The position numbers and the translations under genes were made by a program. A stretch of 27,953 nt of DNA, from positions 2,106-30,058 of the forward strand of contig MHUC01000015.1 in NCBI GenBank assembly GCA_001823315.1, given 5' to 3'. The DNA is from Candidatus Wildermuthbacteria bacterium RIFCSPHIGHO2_12_FULL_40_12. Lineage in GTDB: Bacteria; Patescibacteriota; Minisyncoccia; Minisyncoccales; 2-12-FULL-40-12. Under the pieces are notes generated by a model that saw only the letters and a program-made list of their open reading frames with translations, made no database searches and was not told where the DNA came from. This document shows positions 8,807-17,143 of this stretch, piece by piece; the first letter of the stretch is position 1; the number at the start of each line of letters is the position of its first letter.

Positions 8807-9331
8807 TCATCTTATATAGTGACTAAATGAGTATCGTCGTCTTCTTGCTGGTCTTGACCTTTTCGCAAAACGAGAATATAGCAAAACCATGCTAAGCAAC
8901 AACGACTGCCAAGTAAATGTTAGAACAAGAAAAACGATACTAACCCAGAATATACCGACAACCAAAACGCCATACCGGTATTTATCAATAAGTCGATGAT
9001 GACTCATCTCCGGCATCGGGAAATTCTCCCCTTTCCACTCGGTCATTGACCGAAGCTCCGTCTTAACATCACTGAAGTCAATGTTAATCGAAGTAGAACC
9101 TTGTAGCTGATAAATCAAATCAATGATTTGATCAGCTTCTGCCTGCCAGCCGCGCTTGACGAGCTGGCTTTGCGCTTCCTGGAGATAACATACTGCTTCT
9201 CCAGGCGTATAACACCTAAGCGCTGATTGCAACGGTCGGATGATGTCACGATCAATTCGCATTCCCATAACGCAGAACATGAACAAGATCGCAACAACTA
9301 CAAGTCCTGTGATCCATCTTACAATTATCAT
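8807..9331 (-). CDS. Hypothetical membrane protein
   Basis: 174 aa, AAGGAGG SD, N- and C-terminal hydrophobic helices. Confidence 0.75.
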   Translation of the reverse strand: MIIVRWITGLVVVAILFMFCVMGMRIDRDIIRPLQSALRCYTPGEAVCYLQEAQSQLVKRGWQAEADQIIDLIYQLQGSTSINIDFSDVKTELRSMTEWKGENFPMPEMSHHRLIDKYRYGVLVVGIFWVSIVFLVLTFTWQSLLLSMVLLYSRFAKRSRPARRRRYSFSHYIR

Positions 9332-9358
9332 CGTGATTCCTCCTTATGTGCTGTCGAG

Positions 9359-9387
9359 ATTATACTCCCTATCGTTATTTCTGTCAA
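9359..9387 (-). promoter_or_regulatory. Consensus sigma70 promoter
   Basis: TTGACA-17 nt-TATAAT exact consensus. Confidence 0.8.
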
Positions 9388-9462
9388 TAGCACTCGACAG
9401 GTTTTCTTTTTTGATAATAGAAATCCGGCACATTTCTGTGTCGGATTAATTCTTTCGGAGAT

Positions 9463-9948
9463 TTAACTCTTTTTACTCTTTTTAAGCAGCAATACTCTTG
9501 AAAAGCGCTGCTTCACTCTTTGCAACGCAGTCCTCAAGTTTTCTTCTTCAATATAATCGTCTTTGGCAACAACTGCCAAGTCCGTCTTACCAATGCTATT
9601 TCGACTGGCCAGAATAACAATCGCTCCTAAGCCGTCCGGCAATGATATCCCATCATTCAAATATTGCGACAAAACGGTCGCCGCAGAAACGCCGCTTCTA
9701 AGCACCTCTGCCCAAGTCCCACATATCCATTCTATGAGTTCAAACTGGGATATATTATTATCATTCACATATGGATATCCCGTCACATTCCGGACAAAAT
9801 CATTTATGACGACTACTTGTATGCAGTACTGATTCGCATCGTACACGAACCAAACTACTACAGCGTCATCTCCCTCTCCATCGCCGGAGTTACCGAACTC
9901 AAGCAAGGAGCATGATAAGTCGAAAAAATCGATGTTTTCAAGGTTCAT
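9463..9948 (-). CDS. Hypothetical protein
   Basis: 161 aa with GGAGGT SD; no family recognised. Confidence 0.7.
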   Translation of the reverse strand: MNLENIDFFDLSCSLLEFGNSGDGEGDDAVVVWFVYDANQYCIQVVVINDFVRNVTGYPYVNDNNISQFELIEWICGTWAEVLRSGVSAATVLSQYLNDGISLPDGLGAIVILASRNSIGKTDLAVVAKDDYIEEENLRTALQRVKQRFSRVLLLKKSKKS

Positions 9949-9975
9949 TTTTAACCTCCAAAAAGATCTGATTTT

Positions 9976-10004
9976 ATCGTATCATCAAAAACATACCGCA
10001 TCAA
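9976..10004 (-). promoter_or_regulatory. Putative sigma70 promoter
   Basis: TTGATG-17 nt-TACGAT with a TGn extension. Confidence 0.6.
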
Positions 10005-10078
10005 GGAAATTATATCTATTAAAATACATATGTACTCTGTAATCAGCATTGAAACCCTACGCCGAAAATACAAAAACC

Positions 10079-10097
10079 GGGGAGGTCGGACCTCCCC
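10079..10097 (-). terminator. Probable intrinsic terminator
   Basis: GGGGAGGT-CCG-ACCTCCCC hairpin followed by GGTTTTTG, downstream of the ferric-reductase-like gene. Confidence 0.6.
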
Positions 10098-10147
10098 ATA
10101 ATTTACCCGCAACCTTCCTCACAAAATTTACTATTTTTGCAATAATC

Positions 10148-10771
10148 TTATGAAGATTTCAAGTTTTTTCGGTAATGAATGACGTTCTTGATAAAGGCGG
10201 TGAACTGCAAAATAACCACTACCGCCATCATAACCACATACATCCAATGCATCCAGCTATCGGGGCGATTCGGTCGCAAAAAAGCGTGCTGGACAACATG
10301 GGCGCCAACAAGATAAAAAATAACGTAAGCGAAAGTGTGAATCCATCGCCACGATTCTACGCCCAAGAATCTAATCACGCTCCCGAAAGAAGTCGCCGTC
10401 AGGATAATCGCCCAGAAAAGAGCGACTAACCCAAGAATGCTTGCCAGCGACCAACGCATTTGCCATTGATTTTCAGAAAGCGCCAAGAAAAAATGCAGTA
10501 CTGACAATGTCGCAAACCAAATTCCTAATTCCCCTCTCCAACTCCAAGGAACGCCCCAGGGCAAAACTTTAACCATTGGCTTGAATAACTGCATTAAAGG
10601 ACCGATGACAAGCGTAAGAAATAAAAGAGTAAAAGCGGTGCCGGCGACGGCTCTGTTGAAATCTACCCCGGAAAGCCAAAAAACATACGTCAACAAAGAC
10701 GATATTATCAATACGATGATATGATTAAACAACTTATTCTTCGCGTCTAACAAACGGTTAACCGTATCCAT
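10148..10771 (-). CDS. Ferric-reductase-like transmembrane protein (MsrQ/YedZ-like)
   Basis: Several TM helices; R-x-x-L-G...H, W-x-x-I-H-x-x-x-Y and downstream His residues; start MDTVNR. Confidence 0.75.
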   Translation of the reverse strand: MDTVNRLLDAKNKLFNHIIVLIISSLLTYVFWLSGVDFNRAVAGTAFTLLFLTLVIGPLMQLFKPMVKVLPWGVPWSWRGELGIWFATLSVLHFFLALSENQWQMRWSLASILGLVALFWAIILTATSFGSVIRFLGVESWRWIHTFAYVIFYLVGAHVVQHAFLRPNRPDSWMHWMYVVMMAVVVILQFTAFIKNVIHYRKNLKSS

Positions 10772-10784
10772 AGCTTTGTCGCGA

Positions 10785-11249
10785 TCATTGAACCGACAAC
10801 AACTCAATCTCAAATATCAATGTCGCGTTTGGCGGAATAGCGCCCGGAATTCCCTGTTCACCATAGGCCAAATCCGGCGGAATAGTAAGTTTCCTTTTCC
10901 CGCCAGCCTTCATTCCAAGCACGCCCCGATCCCAGCCGGCGATCACTTGCCCCGATCCTAACTGAAACGAAAAAGGCGTACCGCGATCCAAAGAACTGTC
11001 AAATTTTGTTCCGTCAAGAAGCATGCCCGTATAATGAGCGGTAACCGTATTTCCATTTTCAGCTTCCCCTCCGTCTCCAGTTTTAATGTCTTGTATCTTT
11101 AAACCGTTTTCCGTAACAATTTCTTTGTTCATATTGCTATCCGAAGAACCATTTTCTTTTTGCGGAAAAAATTTACCTGAAAAGTAAAAAAGTAAAACAA
11201 TCGCCAAAATCGCGATCGCGGCGATAACAATTGATTTTGTGTATTTCAT
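10785..11249 (-). CDS. FKBP-type peptidyl-prolyl isomerase with N-terminal anchor
   Basis: HYTGML-x-DGTKFDSS, [15 protein letters not shown] and [14 protein letters not shown]. Confidence 0.95.
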   Translation of the reverse strand: MKYTKSIVIAAIAILAIVLLFYFSGKFFPQKENGSSDSNMNKEIVTENGLKIQDIKTGDGGEAENGNTVTAHYTGMLLDGTKFDSSLDRGTPFSFQLGSGQVIAGWDRGVLGMKAGGKRKLTIPPDLAYGEQGIPGAIPPNATLIFEIELLSVQ

Positions 11250-11357
11250 AATCTTGTTTCTCTGCTTATTATATTATTTTATTGAAAGAGCGTCCATCTT
11301 AACGCAAAACGCCCGCATAAAAGAGGAGCGTTTTGCGCTCTCGTTCCGCCGAAACGA

Positions 11358-11639
11358 CTACGCCTGCTTATGTTCGGAATCGTATTTTCGCCAAGCGGCT
11401 GAAACCGATGGCTCAACGCTGTCCAATTCCGCCAAAATACTCGCCTTAATCTCCGATGTTGTTATCTCGTCTTTGGCGTCTACCATTTGAACAATTTTAG
11501 CCGTTACCTGTTCCACTACCTCATTTTTCTTTGTTTCTTCAAGTCCGGCTTCGCCAGCCGCCATCAAGACAGCGTTTCTGATTTTGCCGGCGTCAAACGG
11601 TTCTCTTGCGCCGTCTCTTTTAATAACTTCTTTTGCCAT
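11358..11639 (-). CDS. Stand-alone ATP-cone domain protein
   Basis: VIKRDGAREPFDAGKI N-terminal ATP-cone motif; about 93 aa with no further domain. Confidence 0.82.
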   Translation of the reverse strand: MAKEVIKRDGAREPFDAGKIRNAVLMAAGEAGLEETKKNEVVEQVTAKIVQMVDAKDEITTSEIKASILAELDSVEPSVSAAWRKYDSEHKQA

Positions 11640-11732
11640 AATTTTTAGATTTTTATTGTTTTTATTTATCTTACCGACCTTTTTAATTTTACAAAAATCA
11701 AGTTCGCTGAATTTCGCAGAAATCAAACTTGT

Positions 11733-12275
11733 TTACTTGAAATTAACCGGTATTCTCAATTCGTCGGCATTTTGCTCAAGTCCGGAAGGGTTATCTTTTT
11801 CCAGCATCAACCAGCCGCGATCGGTTGTTGGTTTCTCAAAAACAATGCCCTCCTTCTTAAAGCTGACGAAATTTTCCGTCATCCATTCGCCGTCTGCCTG
11901 AATAAAACTTTCAACTAAAACATTGCTGTTTTCATCTACCAGGCGAAATGGAAACGACGCTTCAAAAAACCAGAACCCTCTGGCCTCTCCTTTAATCGTA
12001 AAGGGACTGCCGATCGTCTGGTTTGGGCGAGGATAAGAAACGCTAATCAAATCCGCTTTTTCCAATTCGTTGCCTATTTCTCTGACAAATGTTTTTCCGT
12101 CTTTAGCGCGGCATTGTTCGGGATAACTCTCCAAAATTAAATTACCGGCTTCAACGCATTCTTCGAAATTATTTACGGATTTTGGCAGTGAATCTTGCCT
12201 GCCGGAAAAAGCCAAAACAGCGAAAAAAACAATAACAATCAAAAAGATTATTAAAAGATAATACTTCTTCAGCAT
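11733..12275 (-). CDS. Membrane-anchored Gmad2-type immunoglobulin-like domain protein
   Basis: TM helix, FEEC-x-x-AG...YPEQC segment, GEARGFWFFEASFP and LEKDNPSG. Confidence 0.75.
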   Translation of the reverse strand: MLKKYYLLIIFLIVIVFFAVLAFSGRQDSLPKSVNNFEECVEAGNLILESYPEQCRAKDGKTFVREIGNELEKADLISVSYPRPNQTIGSPFTIKGEARGFWFFEASFPFRLVDENSNVLVESFIQADGEWMTENFVSFKKEGIVFEKPTTDRGWLMLEKDNPSGLEQNADELRIPVNFK

Positions 12276-12281
12276 TTTTAC

Positions 12282-12539
12282 CTAAAAAAGATTGTCTTCC
12301 TTATCGTCCTCATCGCCATCATTTTCTTTGGTGTCTATTTTTTTCTTTATCTCTTCAAATTCGTTCTCAACCGCCTTTAATCTAGCTTTACTCTCTTTTA
12401 TCAAAAACACCGCCTTTTTAACTTTTTCTAACCCCTCTTCAACGTCAATTTCTTCTCTTTTGTCAAACCATTCTGCGATTTCAGCCAGCTGTTTTAAATT
12501 TTTATTTAAATTTTTTGGACCGCTTTTTTCTTTACTCAT
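12282..12539 (-). CDS. xseB: Exodeoxyribonuclease VII small subunit
   Basis: Short coiled-coil protein with L-x-x-I-x-x-W-F...DVEEGL; adjacent to xseA. Confidence 0.8.
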   Translation of the reverse strand: MSKEKSGPKNLNKNLKQLAEIAEWFDKREEIDVEEGLEKVKKAVFLIKESKARLKAVENEFEEIKKKIDTKENDGDEDDKEDNLF

Positions 12540-12557
12540 ATTTTTATCGCATTATTT

Positions 12558-13784
12558 TTACGACTGGCGAGTATTTTTGACCTCCGAAGCTATCTCGCCA
12601 TCAGAAACTTTAAGGATGAATTCATCTTCTATTTTAACACTTTTTATACTCCTAATCACTTTGTTTCTTATCATCGCGATGCTGTAACCCAACTTCAACT
12701 GCCTTGCGGGGTCATTGGATGCAACCACTCTTTCAAAATAATCCAATCTTTGGCGAAGATCTTGCGCCAACGTCTTGAATCCGGAAAAAGATTTTTCTAA
12801 ATAATCATCTAAACTTATTCTAACACCAAAAAGCTGATTTTTAAAATTCTGCAGAGCAACTTTAAGCTTATTTTCTATCGCTCTATAGCTCTCAAAGATC
12901 TCTTCGTAACGGCTAACGATATCTCTTTCGTGCCTTTCCAAAAGCAGAATCGCCTCCTCCCATGGCTGACTAAGATAATTTGCCGCGGCAGTTGGAGTAG
13001 AGACAGAAACATCGGCGGCAAAAGTTATCAATGGCTCGTCTTTGTGATGGCCAAGTCCAACAATCACCGGGAGCGGAAAATTCGCCACCTCCCTTACCAA
13101 TTTTTCATTATTAAAAGGCATTAATGATTCAAACGAACCGCCACCGCGGATCATCGCTAAAACGTCTATGTCCTGATTTTTAAAGGTTCTCAAAGACGCT
13201 AAAAGATCTGCCACCGCTTCCTGACCTTCCACCCTGGAATCTACCATTTTAATTATAAATCCGAACTTTCCCACATTGTTGAGAAAATCCGCCAAAGCCG
13301 CTCCCTGTTTTGAAGTAATCAATCCGATTTTCTGGACGTATTTAGGAACTGGCCTCTTTCTCTCCTCGGCAAAAAGTCCTTCTGCGATTAATTTCTTTTT
13401 TAGTTCTTCATACTGCTTTTTTAACGCGCCTTCGCCCGCCAGTTCAATAACTTCGGCTATAAAAGAAAACTTTCCCGAGGGCGCGTAGATTTCAGGATGT
13501 CCTTTAACGATAATTTTCATTCCGTCTTCAAGCTTTATGCCATACATATTATAGGTAGATTTCCATATTATAGAATTGATAATTGCTCCGTCTTGCTCGT
13601 CTTTAAGAGAAAAATAGACGTGGCCAGAAGAAGCTATCTTTCTTTCTGAAACTTCGCCTATAATTTTGGCTTTGGATTTTTTAAGGCCGATATTCAAAAG
13701 AGCTATATATTCTGAAACAGAAAAAACTCGGTCGCTTACTCCATTATTACGGTTATTATCTTCTTTTGAAGAATCTGCCTTCAT
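12558..13784 (-). CDS. xseA: Exodeoxyribonuclease VII large subunit
   Basis: SVSEY, GHVYFSLKD, IGLITS, RGGGS and C-terminal LKLGYSI. Confidence 0.95.
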   Translation of the reverse strand: MKADSSKEDNNRNNGVSDRVFSVSEYIALLNIGLKKSKAKIIGEVSERKIASSGHVYFSLKDEQDGAIINSIIWKSTYNMYGIKLEDGMKIIVKGHPEIYAPSGKFSFIAEVIELAGEGALKKQYEELKKKLIAEGLFAEERKRPVPKYVQKIGLITSKQGAALADFLNNVGKFGFIIKMVDSRVEGQEAVADLLASLRTFKNQDIDVLAMIRGGGSFESLMPFNNEKLVREVANFPLPVIVGLGHHKDEPLITFAADVSVSTPTAAANYLSQPWEEAILLLERHERDIVSRYEEIFESYRAIENKLKVALQNFKNQLFGVRISLDDYLEKSFSGFKTLAQDLRQRLDYFERVVASNDPARQLKLGYSIAMIRNKVIRSIKSVKIEDEFILKVSDGEIASEVKNTRQS

Positions 13785-13790
13785 TTTATT

Positions 13791-14261
13791 TCAAAATTCT
13801 AAATCTTTTATATCGTCTAATACTTCTTTGGCATGAATGTCCGGCTTTACGTTCTCATAGATTTTCGCGATTTTCCCCTCGGGATTTATAAGGAAAGATG
13901 TCCTTTTTATGCCCATATACTCTTTGCCTAAAAATTTCTTTTTGCCCCAAACGCCAAACAGTTTAATGACTTTTTTGTCTGAATCAGCCAAAACGGAAAA
14001 CGGCAAATTATATTTCTCGGCGAATTTTTTGTGGCTTTGAATGGAATCGGCGCTAATACCAAATACTTTTATTTTTGATTTCTTAAAATCTTCAAAGTTA
14101 TCTCTTATCTGGCAGGCCTCTTTCGTGCATCCGGGCGTATCGTCTTTTGGGTAAAAATAAACTAAAACCCAGCGTCCTTTATAATCGGACAATCTATGCT
14201 CTTTTCCGTCTTGGTCTGGCAAAATAAAATCCGGAACTAATGTGTTGATTTGCATTTTCAT
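13791..14261 (-). CDS. bcp: Thioredoxin-dependent thiol peroxidase (BCP/PrxQ)
   Basis: YFYPKDDTPGCTKEAC and RTSFLI; start MKMQ with ATGA overlap. Confidence 0.93.
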   Translation of the reverse strand: MKMQINTLVPDFILPDQDGKEHRLSDYKGRWVLVYFYPKDDTPGCTKEACQIRDNFEDFKKSKIKVFGISADSIQSHKKFAEKYNLPFSVLADSDKKVIKLFGVWGKKKFLGKEYMGIKRTSFLINPEGKIAKIYENVKPDIHAKEVLDDIKDLEF

Positions 14262-14533
14262 AAAACTATAAAACTCATAATCCCTTTTATGATCATAAAA
14301 ATTGCGCCAATAAGCAAAATTGGCCAAGGTATAGGCAAAAATATGCCCAACACAATCAATAAAGCCACCGCAATATCTGTAATGCTTCCAATGTCTGTTA
14401 TGTTAATGAAGGATTTTGCAAATAAGCCGACTGGAATAAGAATCGAAGCCGCTATTGGCACCTTAATTCCAAATCCCTTTGACAACAAAATTGCCGCCGC
14501 TATTAAATCAATTACCCCCAAAAACCACAGCAT
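14258..14533 (-). CDS. Small membrane protein
   Basis: 91 aa, almost entirely hydrophobic; stop overlaps the bcp start. Confidence 0.75.
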   Translation of the reverse strand: MLWFLGVIDLIAAAILLSKGFGIKVPIAASILIPVGLFAKSFINITDIGSITDIAVALLIVLGIFLPIPWPILLIGAIFMIIKGIMSFIVL

Positions 14534-14603
14534 ATTGCGTATAAAATATCTTACTAATGGTTATATCTTACCACAAGAAAATAGACATGGGCACAAATAA
14601 AAT

Positions 14604-14628
14604 AGCCAGTCATTTTTCGTGACTGGCT
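14604..14628 (-). terminator. Intrinsic terminator
   Basis: AGCCAGTCA-7 nt-TGACTGGCT hairpin followed by ATTTTATTT. Confidence 0.7.
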
Positions 14629-14634
14629 TTGAAC

Positions 14635-15027
14635 TCACTCCCACTCTGTTGAGTTAGGAGTGATGATTCCCTTCTCGATCAGGGAAATGAGATGACTCAT
14701 TGCCCTTCTGCTTGTCCTAGCAGAACAATTCACCAGAATACAATACTTCCCCTCTACATTGACCGTAATTGATATCGATCTGTCTCCAATATAGGGATAT
14801 ATCCCTATTGACGGATCCTCTTGGTGATACTCGTACCATCCCCTCCAATCGGTTTCCGATCCGTCTTCCGGGTCATAAAACAACCCTGAAAGATCCAGGC
14901 CTTTCTGGATAGAAACCAGAAAATCCTGGACTTTCGGCGGAACTACATTGAAAAGACTTAAAACGTCTTTCCATGGCAGTGTGTGTAGGGAAGGAAATGC
15001 GAGCGCGAATGCCCGCATCACGATCAT
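14635..15027 (-). CDS. Hypothetical protein
   Basis: 130-aa ORF followed by a terminator; no family recognised. Confidence 0.6.
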   Translation of the reverse strand: MIVMRAFALAFPSLHTLPWKDVLSLFNVVPPKVQDFLVSIQKGLDLSGLFYDPEDGSETDWRGWYEYHQEDPSIGIYPYIGDRSISITVNVEGKYCILVNCSARTSRRAMSHLISLIEKGIITPNSTEWE

Positions 15028-15083
15028 CGCAGTAGGATGATCGCAAAAGAAAAAAGAGGTAGCAAGCTACCTCCTTCAACCAT
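15024..15083 (-). CDS. Candidate 19-aa hydrophobic leader peptide MVEGGSLLPLFSFAIILLR
   Basis: AAGGA SD 9 nt upstream; the TGA stop overlaps the ATG of the 130-aa ORF (ATGA). Confidence 0.4.
   Translation of the reverse strand: MVEGGSLLPLFSFAIILLR
15056..15073 (-). terminator. Terminator-like hairpin in the leader of the 130-aa ORF
   Basis: GAGGTAGC-TT-GCTACCTC followed by TTTTTTCTTTT. Confidence 0.6.
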
Positions 15084-15328
15084 AAAGGACCATCCTTCTA
15101 TCGTATCATCTAATTTCAGACGATTCTCTCTATCCCAAGCGTGCTCGGGACAAAAAAGAATCATCTAGAAACTAGGACAACAGACACGTCAGAAAGAAAA
15201 AGTCCTAAAAGTTCGAAAAGAACAGGAAAAACTGAAAAGTAAGATAACAGGGAAAGAATTAATGAATGGTCTTCACCAATTCTCTCCCCATTAATCTATT
15301 TTCAATGTACTTCCCTCTTTCCACCTCC

Positions 15329-15356
15329 ATTATAGCAAATGCACATATTTTGTCAA
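15329..15356 (-). promoter_or_regulatory. Near-consensus sigma70 promoter (leftward)
   Basis: TTGACA-16 nt-TATAAT with a TGC extension. Confidence 0.75.
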
Positions 15357-15365
15357 TAGCTGGCT

Positions 15366-15394
15366 TTGACGATATAATCTTAATCTGTTATTGT
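15366..15394 (+). promoter_or_regulatory. Sigma70 promoter (rightward, back-to-back with the previous one)
   Basis: TTGACG-17 nt-TATTGT with a TGn extension. Confidence 0.65.
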
Positions 15395-15433
15395 TAATAC
15401 AGTTCAACCCGACCAAAAATAGGAGGCAAATAA

Positions 15434-15631
15434 ATGGAAATTTTTGTGAAGTGGTTTCTTTCGGTTGTGACGATCGCCCTAATTTTCAAGTTATGCGGAA
15501 TTCAATTTAATATAATCTTTGCGATTCTGACGGCATATTCGCTGGTTTTCCTCGTCCTGAATATCGCGAAAATATGGCTAAAAGCCCAATCCCCGGCAAG
15601 AGATTACGATTTCACAGACAAAGACCAGTAG
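15434..15631 (+). CDS. Small membrane protein
   Basis: AGGAGG SD, two hydrophobic helices, downstream terminator. Confidence 0.75.
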   Translation: MEIFVKWFLSVVTIALIFKLCGIQFNIIFAILTAYSLVFLVLNIAKIWLKAQSPARDYDFTDKDQ

Positions 15632-15660
15632 CCGGAAAACAATGAAAGAACCTCCATTCA

Positions 15661-15685
15661 CCCCTGCCAAAAACAGGGGTTTTAT
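15661..15685 (+). terminator. Intrinsic terminator
   Basis: CCCCTG-7 nt-CAGGGG followed by TTTTATTTTT. Confidence 0.7.
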
Positions 15686-15766
15686 TTTTGGAAAATCTGC
15701 CATTTTTTTTCATAAAATCGTTTCTTAATGAAGAAGAACTGAAATACGAGCTGACGGCAACGCGTC

Positions 15767-15795
15767 TTGCAGGACGATAAATAATCTGTTACGAT
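15767..15795 (+). promoter_or_regulatory. Putative sigma70 promoter
   Basis: TTGCAG-17 nt-TACGAT with a TGT extension. Confidence 0.55.
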
Positions 15796-15836
15796 ATTAA
15801 AACCGCTCATTTCATTAAAAATAAGGAGGTGTCGTA

Positions 15837-16640
15837 ATGACACAGGAAGTCACAACTGATAAATCCGCCCAGGCAACGGATTTCGTTCTAGGTGAAGATT
15901 CGGTCGTCATCGCCGAGGAACAACTCACCGATTCAGAGCCAACAGATCTTGAAAAACACATCCAAGGGCTTGAGCTGACGATATTGCACTTGGAAGAACA
16001 GATTGAAGGACTCGAGGAAACTCAAGAAGAACAGGTCGCGGAACTCAAAGCGACGCACCAAAAGGAGGTTGACGCCCTGAAAGCGTTGGTTGCCGATCTG
16101 CAAACGCAGATAACAGAATTCGGTAAGACAAATCGAGATATAAAATCTCGACTTAAAAAAACGGGGGAACGGAATCAAGTTCTTGAAAAAGAAATCAGGG
16201 AAAAGGACACAGAGATCAAGTTGGTTATGACAACAGCTGAAAAGTTGCGGGAAAATATAGAAACGCGACTTAAAGATCTCCGGGAACGCGCCCGAATGGC
16301 GATAGAGCTTCTTAATGAAGCTCCTGAAGAAACTTTAACAAGAAAAGAGGACACAGTAACGCCAACGGGCACCAAAGTTCTCTTGTGTGTTCCCAACAAT
16401 AAAATCGGGCAAGACGAAATCAAGAAACTCAAGGAAGAACTCCCCGGAATTACGTTTCAAATCTGTGTGGTTTCGAAAACAACGGCTCAACTTCCACAAG
16501 CAGATCTGTACGTGACGCATAAAACACTCGACCGTCACTCCGTCACGAACCACTTAAAGAAGCTGAAGCCCAAAGCAACTTTTATTCATTACGAGAATAA
16601 GCACCAGATAATATCTGCTATTATCGCGAAAACAAGATGA
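15837..16640 (+). CDS. Coiled-coil protein with a small C-terminal alpha/beta domain (possibly DUF2325-like)
   Basis: AAGGAGGT SD; long heptad-rich E/K region; C-terminal ADLYVT...H pattern. The domain call is inference. Confidence 0.75.
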   Translation: MTQEVTTDKSAQATDFVLGEDSVVIAEEQLTDSEPTDLEKHIQGLELTILHLEEQIEGLEETQEEQVAELKATHQKEVDALKALVADLQTQITEFGKTNRDIKSRLKKTGERNQVLEKEIREKDTEIKLVMTTAEKLRENIETRLKDLRERARMAIELLNEAPEETLTRKEDTVTPTGTKVLLCVPNNKIGQDEIKKLKEELPGITFQICVVSKTTAQLPQADLYVTHKTLDRHSVTNHLKKLKPKATFIHYENKHQIISAIIAKTR

Positions 16641-16651
16641 AACTAATAAAC

Positions 16652-16673
16652 AAGCCCCGCCCCGGCGGAGCTT
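16652..16673. terminator. Terminator between convergent genes
   Basis: AAGCCCCGC-CCCG-GCGGAGCTT stem with T-rich tails on both strands. Confidence 0.7.
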
Positions 16674-16699
16674 TTTTCATTTTACAAACAGCACGATCG

Positions 16700-17143
16700 T
16701 CAAATAATTTTATTCAAATCTCCGCCGATAACAATTGACTTCACTCCCAACAACTCTTCTTTGTATGATAATTCTGGAATTTCGTTTAGAAAGTAAATCT
16801 TTTTCTTCAAAAAGAAAGCTAAGCCAATCTCCATTAAAGTATTACCGCCAATATATCCTGGAACGCCATTCTTTTCATAATTCAAAACCAAAATAGCATC
16901 AGCCCATTCTATTTTCTTGAAATGATTCATTATCGCCTCTGATTTTCTATCCCAAACCCAATTTTCTTTGTCATTCGCCATTTTTCGAATATCGTAATAC
17001 TTCTTTACCGAGATTTCTTCTCCTCTTTCGTCTATAACTTTCTCGGGAGGCAATTGCACTTTACGTCCCATTACCTCCAGATCTTGTTTAATTTTTTGCA
17101 TCTCGTCATAAAATGCAATACTGCCACAAATTGTTATTCTCAT
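16700..17143 (-). CDS. Nucleoside 2-deoxyribosyltransferase-like protein
   Basis: ITICGS, ADAILVLN, G-Y-I-G-G-N-T-L-M-E-I-G-L-A and KKIYFL pattern of the NDT/DNPH1 fold. Confidence 0.65.
   Translation of the reverse strand: MRITICGSIAFYDEMQKIKQDLEVMGRKVQLPPEKVIDERGEEISVKKYYDIRKMANDKENWVWDRKSEAIMNHFKKIEWADAILVLNYEKNGVPGYIGGNTLMEIGLAFFLKKKIYFLNEIPELSYKEELLGVKSIVIGGDLNKII

Noticed and set aside
14546-14571. ATATCTTAC direct repeat (17-nt period)
   Set aside because: Only two copies in AT-rich DNA; most simply tandem -10-like hexamers (TAAGAT).
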